IMG/VR virus record: IMGVR_UViG_3300017777_002171
Coordinates: 1-43,572 of that record
Source of the DNA: a virus
Lineage: Duplodnaviria; Caudoviricetes
Direction: 5' to 3' (one strand)
DNA length: 43,572 nt
Positions within the stretch are counted from its first letter, which is position 1. The number at the start of each line of letters is the position of its first letter. This document shows, one piece after another, positions 26,367 through 34,504 of the stretch. The notes beneath the pieces are model-generated. The model was not told the DNA's origin, ran no database searches, and saw only the letters and a program-made list of their open reading frames with translations. The position numbers and the translations under genes are program-made.

Positions 26367-28696
26367 GCCGAAATGAGGTCGATAAAGCGAGCCAGGATAA
26401 CATATGCCGACTTACGCGACTTCATGATCTTGGTAAACTCGTCGGTTTCGGCATTCGTGGCGTCAGTCTGCGCCCCTCCCGTCCGAATTTTTGCATCGGA
26501 TACCTTCAGCATATTGATTGCCAGCGAGTCAGCGTCGATGAGGTAGTATTCATCATACCCCGCGCTCTTGCACACGGCAAACTTCTTCGCCTTCCAGGAC
26601 TCCTGGAAAGCATGAAGGTCCGACAGGCAATCGTATTTCGTGCAAATGCTGTGCAGGGCGTTTTCTCGCGTCAGGAAGAACCCGACGGCCTTGGCGCCCG
26701 TGGCATCGCGGAGAGCACGGATATGGTTCACCGTCACCCTGTGAGACTGGCCGAGACCCTGATACTGGATGCCCGTCCGGCGATCCTGGAAGATGGCAGT
26801 CGTGTGCGAGCGGTAATTGGATCCCTGGCCGCCGTCCTGAGCGTAAGAGCCGCCACCACCGTTGGAATCACCGTCGGTCAGGACGACAAAATTGACGACC
26901 TGAACGTTGGTATCCCGCTTGAGGTTCTCGATGATGTACCGAGCCGAAATGAGTGCCTGGTTCAGAGGCGTACCGAACAGTCGGTCGCGCGCAGGAACCC
27001 TGTGTGCATTGATCTGGGCATTGGGCTCGCCCGAGCCATACCGAGAGCAATTGAACAGGATCGACAGGGTGAACATATTGGACAGAGCCTGGTTAAACTC
27101 CATGGTCGTCATGCGCGAATTGAAATACTCGCGAAGCATGAAGCCGTGGATCATCACGTCATCTTCCTTGCAGACCTTGACCATTTCGGAATTGCCAGAC
27201 GACATCCGGGAGTTGTCCGCATCGGTAAATCCGAAGACGCGGAACTCAATCTGAGCACGGCGACAGAACATGACCAGAACCATAAGCTGGTGAATGGTCT
27301 TGGAAATTTCGCCTATCATCGAGGACGAAAAATCGATCATCATAACAAGGCCGTGGTTCTTGCCGCCGGGCGTCACTGCCAGGCGCTTGAACACATCCTC
27401 GTTATACAGGTACGAGTGTAGCTTGTTCGTGTCAATGACACCCGTGCGCGAGGTGCTGGTGCGCGAATACTGATCGGCAGCCTTCTTCTGATCAAACTGG
27501 CGCACGAGGTACGAAATGACCGGGTTCTGATCGGCCTTGAATTTCAGGAAGCGAGCACGAATTTCCGCGAGGCCCTCAGACCCAATGGTCTTGAAATTGC
27601 GGGCATGTTCGCGCAGAATGGTCTTGTAGTCATCCACGGACTTTTCGACGTCCAGTTTCTTCGGGTAGAAAATGTACTCTGGGATCATGGCGTTCGTGCG
27701 GTCGACCAGAGATTGACGCGCAGCCTCAAGCTCCTCGTCGGTCGCCGAGTCGAAGGTGTCGATCTTTTCGACTGCATCGTCATCGGCATCCGCGGAAGCA
27801 TCTTCCTCGATGTCCAGCGGTTCATCATCGAGGACAGGTTCACCCTCAGGCTTTTCTTCCTCGAAAGCGCCCATGTCCGTGTCGATAGCCGAGATAGGCT
27901 CCGAGTCTTCCTGGAGCCGTTCGTCATCGGAATCGTCTTCATCATCTGCCACGGGAGCCACAGGAGACCGGTCACGGAACACAGGCACGTGGACCTTCAC
28001 TTCAAGTCCCAGACCCAGTTCTTCACCAGGCGCAGGCTGTTCCATGGCCTTCCGCAGCTTATTGTTGCGCGCCTTGATGTACTTCACGAGGTCGATGGAG
28101 ATTGCTTCGACCTCGCCGAACGTTTCAGCCACGGCGATGCGGGCGACAATCACACGCTCCTTCTTGGTGAAGCGGATGTTGGCGGCTTCAATGTTGCCAA
28201 ACTTGAAATGGATATTGATCCGGTCGATGAAATTCATCGTATTGTAGGATTGGCCCTTTTTCCCTACGAACATGCCGGAGGCAAAGAGAGCCTTGTATCC
28301 CGTGATAAAGGATTGATGCAGACCGGGGTACCGGCGCTTCATAAGCTTTTCGATGCGGGCATCTTCGACCACATTGATAATGTGAGCGGCAGCCTGGCGC
28401 TTGATCCCGATGGCGGCCACGGCTGCAATGGCCGCGCCGTAAATCTCAGCTGCCGGCGTTTCGAGGGCGTGACCGACCTCATGGCCTACGAACGTGTCAT
28501 AGACCTCGGGGATCGTTTCTTTCCAGATGGGGAGATTGAGGATGCGGCGCTTCAAGTCGAAGGACGCCTGCGTGATAACGATATGGCGAACCTGAATGTT
28601 TTCCACAGCCATAAGCTTTGCCAGCTTACTCTTTGCGGCAATCATGTTCTTGGCAGCTTTTGCGTTGCCGGCGTTTTCGTTCAGGAAGATTGTCAT
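26363..28696 (-). CDS. CobT-like protein: HExxH metallopeptidase-like domain, acidic linker, vWA domain
   Basis: GHEVGHA, NVVEDARIE, long D/E-rich tract, IDFSSSM MIDAS-like motif, GTPL, LTDGD. Confidence 0.82.
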   Translation of the reverse strand: MTIFLNENAGNAKAAKNMIAAKSKLAKLMAVENIQVRHIVITQASFDLKRRILNLPIWKETIPEVYDTFVGHEVGHALETPAAEIYGAAIAAVAAIGIKRQAAAHIINVVEDARIEKLMKRRYPGLHQSFITGYKALFASGMFVGKKGQSYNTMNFIDRINIHFKFGNIEAANIRFTKKERVIVARIAVAETFGEVEAISIDLVKYIKARNNKLRKAMEQPAPGEELGLGLEVKVHVPVFRDRSPVAPVADDEDDSDDERLQEDSEPISAIDTDMGAFEEEKPEGEPVLDDEPLDIEEDASADADDDAVEKIDTFDSATDEELEAARQSLVDRTNAMIPEYIFYPKKLDVEKSVDDYKTILREHARNFKTIGSEGLAEIRARFLKFKADQNPVISYLVRQFDQKKAADQYSRTSTSRTGVIDTNKLHSYLYNEDVFKRLAVTPGGKNHGLVMMIDFSSSMIGEISKTIHQLMVLVMFCRRAQIEFRVFGFTDADNSRMSSGNSEMVKVCKEDDVMIHGFMLREYFNSRMTTMEFNQALSNMFTLSILFNCSRYGSGEPNAQINAHRVPARDRLFGTPLNQALISARYIIENLKRDTNVQVVNFVVLTDGDSNGGGGSYAQDGGQGSNYRSHTTAIFQDRRTGIQYQGLGQSHRVTVNHIRALRDATGAKAVGFFLTRENALHSICTKYDCLSDLHAFQESWKAKKFAVCKSAGYDEYYLIDADSLAINMLKVSDAKIRTGGAQTDATNAETDEFTKIMKSRKSAYVILARFIDLISA

Positions 28697-28719
28697 GCGT
28701 TCTCTCAATTTAGAGGAGC

Positions 28720-28748
28720 ATTATACGCTAGAAATGGAAGGAAGACAA
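28720..28748 (-). promoter_or_regulatory. sigma70-type promoter
   Basis: TTGTCT-17nt-TATAAT. Confidence 0.65.
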
Positions 28749-28752
28749 TTGC

Positions 28753-28798
28753 AAAAAACGCATAGCAGGTATGCAGTAGGCGCATATCCCGCTATGCG
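28753..28798 (-). terminator. Hairpin plus U-tract (terminator and/or operator)
   Basis: CGCATAGC...GCTATGCG inverted repeat followed by TTTTTT on the minus strand. Confidence 0.6.
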
Positions 28799-28804
28799 AG
28801 AAAG

Positions 28805-29251
28805 TCATTCCGCTCGGAGGTTATACACTTCGATGGAGTCCAGGCCGCCGAAATAGTTATACCAGGGGGCCCAGTCGGACTTGAACCGCTTGCCGTTTGC
28901 CATGGTATAGGCGTATCCCTTTTCGTCGTCGCGCAAATTGACCTTCAAAATCTCGTCCACGGCCTTCTGCGCGTCCTCACGGTTTTCATACAGGTCCAGG
29001 TATTCGACACCGTTCCCTTGATCGAGACCGAAGGAGTCGCCGGTCGAATAGATCGCAGCGACCAGGTAATAGTCGCGACCCTTCACGACCTCGAACGAGG
29101 TCTTCAGGTCAAAATAGTCACCTTCCGAGACAAGGACCAGATGGTCGAAGTCATGCGAAGTGGCGTAGGAATCGCGCGACCATTCATCATCCTCGCGCTC
29201 GCCGCCGAGGCTGGTTGAGCTGGAATAGTCGATAACCTGAATGCGTGACAT
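28805..29251 (-). CDS. Hypothetical phage protein
   Basis: 148-aa acidic ORF containing YSTGDSFG. Confidence 0.75.
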   Translation of the reverse strand: MSRIQVIDYSSSTSLGGEREDDEWSRDSYATSHDFDHLVLVSEGDYFDLKTSFEVVKGRDYYLVAAIYSTGDSFGLDQGNGVEYLDLYENREDAQKAVDEILKVNLRDDEKGYAYTMANGKRFKSDWAPWYNYFGGLDSIEVYNLRAE

Positions 29252-29252
29252 T

Positions 29253-29357
29253 TCAAAAATCCAATTGTGCGTTAAACCAACCCTGGGCCCATGCCTCGTA
29301 CATGCGAGACTTTTGCGGATAGGGGTTGCCAGAGAAATCGACCCCGTTCAGGTGTTC
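29253..29357 (-). pseudogene. 5'-truncated remnant of an Rmf/CrpP-fold-like small gene
   Basis: EHLNGVDFSGNPYPQKSRMYEAWAQGWFNAQLDF* (NPY...W..GW); in-frame TGA upstream and no standard start before the motif. Confidence 0.45.
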
Positions 29358-29374
29358 TCAAGAAAAAATTAAGC

Positions 29375-30952
29375 CTAAGGCTTGTAAAAGATAAACACAG
29401 GTTCGTACTTCAAAAATATGCCGTTGACCTTACAAAAATTCTTTGACTTGGGAAGCCCGGTATCCGGGTCGACTCGATTCCCACCAGGCATCTGCGCCAG
29501 CGCCATCTTCAAGGTCATGACATATTCCATGCCAAGCTCTTTCAGAATATCCATCGAGTCCTGCTCCAACGGAAGCATGTCAGGACCAAACTTCGCGTCG
29601 GCGATGTTCCATGCGAGGTATCGATCCTTCCGCAGATATTCAACGGCCGTCGTCAGAGTGGGGCGCAGGAAGCCTTCGCGCCATTCTTCATACTGTCCGA
29701 ATTTCTTGTAGGACTGTGAAGGGTCCTCAGAGTATGCCTCTTTGGCAAAGTATGGCGGACTCGTGAAGACGAAATCTAGTCGATTTTTATACCGACGAAA
29801 ACGAGGGTCTTCCGCAATACACTCAGAACCCGACTGGAATATCTCGTAAGTGTGTTGCTTGGGGAAGAGGCTGCTTGAACGGTAGGTTCGCTCGTTAAAA
29901 AAGTCAGCAAGGTCATGATACTTTGTACGGCCAGCATCAATGCTATGATCACTGTTAGGATCAGTACCAATATAGTGGATACTGCGATTGTCGTCAACAG
30001 CCATAGCACCCAAGATACGGCCACCCCAACCAGCCGAAGGATCATAAAGGTTGATAACGTCTTGGTCTTTAATATGGTCGGTAAATCGTTCATAGATGTA
30101 TCTCGCTGTGAGAGGAGGGAAGTTGACTGCGTACTGACAAAACGACACACGGAATGCCTTGAGCCCAACAGGGAACACCTTCTGCTTCAATGCATAGACA
30201 CGAATCTGGTAATTCTCTGATCGATTCCAATCGATGTTCGACCGGCACCGTTCAGGGATCATATCCCAGATGCCTTCGATCTGTTGGCGAGAGATAGCCA
30301 AGTTCACTCGCACGCGGAGCTTTTCGTCATACCCCGTGTATTCTTTGTCGGCATCACGCGGTGCGAGCCAATAGTCATACTGATTATATCCGCGATAGCG
30401 ATTCTCGAATTTCATGATCCATTCGATGGCATTCTTGGACACAGGCCAATTCATGTGATTTTCCAGATCACCGACCTTGACTGGATTAGAATAGTGATAG
30501 AATGAGTCGCGCTTGAAATGGCGCGATGCATAGGTCACGAAAGAGTCCAGGAGCTCGTCATTGGCGAACCAATCGTAGATCGAGCGGCCATCGTCATTCT
30601 TGGAGTAGTTAATGCGCGTCTTCATCATCGTGGGGAACCACTGATTCGCTGCATTACCTAGGATCGTTGTATTGCGAATGACGTCCTTCTCGCCAGTCAA
30701 TTCGTTCTCGACTAGGAACTCATGAACCGGATAGCCGATCATATCGTTGAATTGCTCAATGATTTGGTTCTCGTTGAACCCGACGCGCGGAGGCAGCCCC
30801 TTGGTATCCCACAGATACACGACCGTCTTCCGTAGGTCGATGACCCATGTGCGAAACTCATCCTTGGACATGCTGAGAATTTCCTCGAAGGTCTTGTTGA
30901 CCGAGGATTTCAGCAATTCATCATTGCGTTCATAGAACCATTTTTTGGTCAT
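29375..30952 (-). CDS. Amino-methyltransferase-fold DNA modification enzyme (N4-C/N6-A type)
   Basis: Motif I YDPSAGWGGR, GTDPN, motif IV FTSPPYF; long N-terminal extension. Confidence 0.8.
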   Translation of the reverse strand: MTKKWFYERNDELLKSSVNKTFEEILSMSKDEFRTWVIDLRKTVVYLWDTKGLPPRVGFNENQIIEQFNDMIGYPVHEFLVENELTGEKDVIRNTTILGNAANQWFPTMMKTRINYSKNDDGRSIYDWFANDELLDSFVTYASRHFKRDSFYHYSNPVKVGDLENHMNWPVSKNAIEWIMKFENRYRGYNQYDYWLAPRDADKEYTGYDEKLRVRVNLAISRQQIEGIWDMIPERCRSNIDWNRSENYQIRVYALKQKVFPVGLKAFRVSFCQYAVNFPPLTARYIYERFTDHIKDQDVINLYDPSAGWGGRILGAMAVDDNRSIHYIGTDPNSDHSIDAGRTKYHDLADFFNERTYRSSSLFPKQHTYEIFQSGSECIAEDPRFRRYKNRLDFVFTSPPYFAKEAYSEDPSQSYKKFGQYEEWREGFLRPTLTTAVEYLRKDRYLAWNIADAKFGPDMLPLEQDSMDILKELGMEYVMTLKMALAQMPGGNRVDPDTGLPKSKNFCKVNGIFLKYEPVFIFYKP

Positions 30953-31596
30953 CGATATTCGGCCTTTATGCCTGTCATCTTCATTACGGGGACTTGCGCT
31001 TCACGGCAAATCTTGATCATGTTTTCGGTGCCTTTGTTCCCAGGGAATGCAATGCAGCCGTCAAGTCCTGAGTCAAGCATCCGCTTGTTTCTGATATGTC
31101 CTGCGTAGTTGCCGTACTTGGTCCATTCCCACTTTTCGATGGGGAAAGGATCATACTCTACCCCGCGAGCTATTGCCCATTCTTTTCCAAGTGTATCAGC
31201 ACCTCGCGCTTCACCCTGGACAATGATCAGGTCTTTCTCGCTTTCAAAGTGTGTTAGCATCTTATCCAGATGCCGATACACCCAATCGCGGTCGTTAAAC
31301 TCGCGGCCGCCACAGACGCAGATACGTTTTCTGTTGGCAATAGTATATAGGATTTCTCCATGGCACGCTTTCGGAGCACAGAAGCATCCTAGGACTTTTC
31401 CGCGAAGCTCTAGTCGCGCGTCACGTCGAAGGTCTGCCTGCTCTGGTGCATTGATCCATTCGACGTATGCGGCAATGACTTCCTCACGGGTTCCATGCTC
31501 ACCGATCTTGAATGGGTTGCCCCATTTACTCCCACGACCAATGTATACGTCATGGGGATCCTTCTTGCAATGAACTACGCTCAGGCTACATTCCAC
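30949..31596 (-). CDS. DUF4326 + YspA-like SLOG domain fusion
   Basis: DVYIGRGSKWGNPF...LGCFCAPKACHG, then ICVCGGREF...QGEARGAD...AGHIRN...FPGNKGT. Confidence 0.78.
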   Translation of the reverse strand: MECSLSVVHCKKDPHDVYIGRGSKWGNPFKIGEHGTREEVIAAYVEWINAPEQADLRRDARLELRGKVLGCFCAPKACHGEILYTIANRKRICVCGGREFNDRDWVYRHLDKMLTHFESEKDLIIVQGEARGADTLGKEWAIARGVEYDPFPIEKWEWTKYGNYAGHIRNKRMLDSGLDGCIAFPGNKGTENMIKICREAQVPVMKMTGIKAEYR

Positions 31597-32360
31597 AGGA
31601 GAGCACCAGGCTTCGCGTATTGGCGAACGAACGGCCAGATTTTGGCGTCGTAATACTTCTCGGAAGGATAAGGCGGTGCATCTTCTGGCTTTACCGGTGC
31701 GTCAAATTTATAGGGCGACACATAGACCTTCTCCGCTCGACCAATCTCGCGGTCATTCATCTTGTGTCCAGTTTGAACCATTATAACAGGTTTCTCAGGA
31801 AATGCAAGCTGTAATCCACGTGAAAGCGTACCAGATGATCCGATTGTCCAAATTTCAGGGAAGACCTCAGGGAACTCAATTGAACGGGCAACCTTGATGA
31901 TTGACCCGAGTACGGTAGGATGCTCTAATCCGAGTGGCAGGATGATTCGATTCTTGGTATCTTCGGCAGCATACTTCTTGGCACGCGAGAGCGTGACGGT
32001 AAGCATACCCATATTGACCCAGTGGATCGTGCCGCCTAGCTCAAGGACTCTTTGCTGGTGCCAAGTTGGTTCGCTGCGCGCCGCCATGAAGAAGGTTGCT
32101 TTCTTACCATTTCGGCGGCAGACTTCTGTGAGCGCGATAGGACCCCAACCGATCTTGTTGGCACCACCAAAGACAAATTCATTTTCGGGTGTGTGCTTCA
32201 CCAGATAGTCGATAAAGCGAACCTTTGATCCAAAGCCGAGAAGGTCGTCCCGAACGACCCAGAATCCATCGTGCTTAGTCAGCACGGGCGCTGGATTCGG
32301 ATCAGTCCATCCTTCAACGGTCTTTAGCAATTCCTCTGGTGATCCAGTCATCTTCTTCAT
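31581..32360 (-). CDS. PLP-dependent enzyme (fold type II-like)
   Basis: VVRDDLLGFGSKVR (Schiff-base Lys), GSSGTL phosphate loop, YDAKIW, LLWNVA. Confidence 0.78.
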   Translation of the reverse strand: MKKMTGSPEELLKTVEGWTDPNPAPVLTKHDGFWVVRDDLLGFGSKVRFIDYLVKHTPENEFVFGGANKIGWGPIALTEVCRRNGKKATFFMAARSEPTWHQQRVLELGGTIHWVNMGMLTVTLSRAKKYAAEDTKNRIILPLGLEHPTVLGSIIKVARSIEFPEVFPEIWTIGSSGTLSRGLQLAFPEKPVIMVQTGHKMNDREIGRAEKVYVSPYKFDAPVKPEDAPPYPSEKYYDAKIWPFVRQYAKPGALLWNVA

Positions 32361-32742
32361 ACCCCATTAATACGGCGAGCATCTTGGCACGTTTGCTCGG
32401 ACCAACACATCCGGTCTGCATGAACATGGAACGCTTGCCGTTTTCGTAAAACACATCTTCGTAGTTTGGAAACTGCTCGGCCGTCAGGTCGACAATGAAT
32501 CCGTCTGGGTACACCAAGAACCTATGAGTTCCGGGATCGCCTGGGACCTTCATCGCCATTGGGATCGTACCCTTGGGCGCGACGTACCAATAGGCCATTT
32601 CAGAAACGACGTAGCAATAGCAATAGGTCGGATTGTCTTCCGACCAGGCATCGCGCATTTCCTTAGTCTTGAGATGTTTTCGCCCCATCTGTCGAAGGGC
32701 TGCATATAGTCTGGCTTTGTTGATGCCAGACTTAGTAAACAT
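32314..32742 (-). CDS. Hypothetical protein with a possible Cys-His-Asp papain/transglutaminase-like triad
   Basis: CYVVSE, GTHRF, VDLTAEQF; probable start at ATG 32742. Confidence 0.5.
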   Translation of the reverse strand: MFTKSGINKARLYAALRQMGRKHLKTKEMRDAWSEDNPTYCYCYVVSEMAYWYVAPKGTIPMAMKVPGDPGTHRFLVYPDGFIVDLTAEQFPNYEDVFYENGKRSMFMQTGCVGPSKRAKMLAVLMGYEEDDWITRGIAKDR

Positions 32743-33916
32743 CGCTTCGCTTATCTCTGACCGCACTCGCAAGGAGCATCTCCGCTAATTTCTGGGTATT
32801 CACAACGTCAACGACCAGATGCACGCGAACAGTATCACCGCCATTCACGACCATATGAGGCTTGCGTGTATCCAGCATCCAACACTCACCAACCTTCATA
32901 TGGACGTCATGACGAACGCCGTCATAGTTCCATGAGGAAAACTTCACCTTGTCGTTGGTGATCAGGGGGAAGTGTAGACGGATAAGTCCGTCGAGCGTAT
33001 TGTATGAGTCAGGATCGACCTGATCGGTATGACGAGAAAGCTCACCTTCATTCGGCTCAAGAGACATGAAGCGCACGCGATGCACGTCGCCATCGGCAAA
33101 CTCGAAAAAGTCCCAGACTTCAGGGAGCGCCGTGGCGATCAGAGTATCCTGGAGATAGAAGTTGTCCTTGGCGTGCTTCTCTTTCCATTCCTTGCTCATC
33201 TCGATAGGCTTCGCAATGAAGTTTGGGTCGGGCGAGTACCCCCGGAGTGACAACGCGCGCCACGACTTGGCCTTGTTGTAGTTTGAGTAGTGGTTCTCAA
33301 ACATCTTGAGCAGGTCGGCATTGATCAGTTTCTTGGTGACCTGGTCAATGAGCTTCTGGTCGACACCATCAAGGAGCTTGATGATATTGACCTTTTCGAG
33401 CGGGTTCACATCTGGGTGCACGGTTTCGGCAAAAAGCTTTGTCCGTGCAGATTGGCGATAGTAGATAGAATAGACTTCACCGAAGGTCGTGATCTTTCCT
33501 GAGATATAATCGAATCCAAGGTCGGTCGCAAAAGCATCTGCCTGACCATCTTCGGCCCAGGTATAGAGCCAGCAATTTGAATCGAGATAGATGCCAGCAG
33601 CAAGCTCCTCTGCTACCAGCTCCGAAGAATAGTTATTGATCTTGGTGATCGTGATATCGCCAGGAACCTTGATGCCAATGAGAGTGTCGCCGTGCATGAC
33701 GATATTCGACTTGACCTTGGCGACCTCAGCAACAAACGCGCCGTCGTCAAAGACCATAAGGGTGTCCTTATGCCATGCTTCGGCGATGTTGTTTTTCTTG
33801 AATTTGACAAACGGAGACAGAGTGAACGAATTGTATCGCTCCCACTGTTTCTCCATATCCTTCAGGAAAGACAATTCAAGGCCGTGCTGCCACGGCTTCA
33901 TGTCTGGTCGATCCAT
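32732..33916 (-). CDS. 2OG-Fe(II) dioxygenase (Asp/Asn beta-hydroxylase-like) with an additional N-terminal domain
   Basis: RVRFMSL, HTD, RLHFPLITN, KPHMVVNGG, RVHLVVD. Confidence 0.8.
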   Translation of the reverse strand: MDRPDMKPWQHGLELSFLKDMEKQWERYNSFTLSPFVKFKKNNIAEAWHKDTLMVFDDGAFVAEVAKVKSNIVMHGDTLIGIKVPGDITITKINNYSSELVAEELAAGIYLDSNCWLYTWAEDGQADAFATDLGFDYISGKITTFGEVYSIYYRQSARTKLFAETVHPDVNPLEKVNIIKLLDGVDQKLIDQVTKKLINADLLKMFENHYSNYNKAKSWRALSLRGYSPDPNFIAKPIEMSKEWKEKHAKDNFYLQDTLIATALPEVWDFFEFADGDVHRVRFMSLEPNEGELSRHTDQVDPDSYNTLDGLIRLHFPLITNDKVKFSSWNYDGVRHDVHMKVGECWMLDTRKPHMVVNGGDTVRVHLVVDVVNTQKLAEMLLASAVRDKRSDVY

Positions 33917-34491
33917 TATCTATTTCCTTTGCGGCTCAATCTCTGAATTGTCTTACGGCGTCTATCTCGCGCCATCGCGAGAGTGGTGCGGCCGACTCTC
34001 AGGTCCATCGTGATGCCGTCCATGTGGTCACATTCATGTAGAATGACGCGCGCCGTAAGACCATGAAAGGTGTCTTCCTTGTGTTCCCCATTCACATGCT
34101 GATATGCCAGGCGAACCATCGTGGGGCGCTTGACCTTCATGAACAGATAGGGGAACGACAGGCAACCTTCTTCGCCAAGCTCTGTGACGGACGAAGTCTC
34201 AAGGACCTTCGGGTTGAAGAATACCTGTTTGTTGGTCGCGTCGAAGCCGGCGACAAAGACGCGGAGCGACAGGCCACACTGATTCGCCGAGAGTCCAAGT
34301 CCCTTGTTGCGGAACATTGTCTCGAATAGCGAGTTTGCCAGATAGACTGGATTGACGGGGGGATTGGCGAAGTCGAAGTGTTCTGTGGGGCGCTGAAGGA
34401 CATAATCCTTCTCGACGGCGAGTGGGTAGATTTCAAATTCACGGATACCGACGCCTGTGTCGATAACCAATTTTTTGTTTTCAATAGCCAT
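33916..34491 (-). CDS. def: Peptide deformylase
   Basis: GLGLSANQCG, EGCLS, HECDH. Confidence 0.93.
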   Translation of the reverse strand: MAIENKKLVIDTGVGIREFEIYPLAVEKDYVLQRPTEHFDFANPPVNPVYLANSLFETMFRNKGLGLSANQCGLSLRVFVAGFDATNKQVFFNPKVLETSSVTELGEEGCLSFPYLFMKVKRPTMVRLAYQHVNGEHKEDTFHGLTARVILHECDHMDGITMDLRVGRTTLAMARDRRRKTIQRLSRKGNR

Positions 34492-34504
34492 ATTTCACCT
34501 TATC

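Noticed and set aside
25721-28765. Long plus-strand ORFs (566 aa and 386 aa)
   Set aside because: Antisense shadows of the GC-rich CobS/CobT-like genes, with no motifs or initiation signals.
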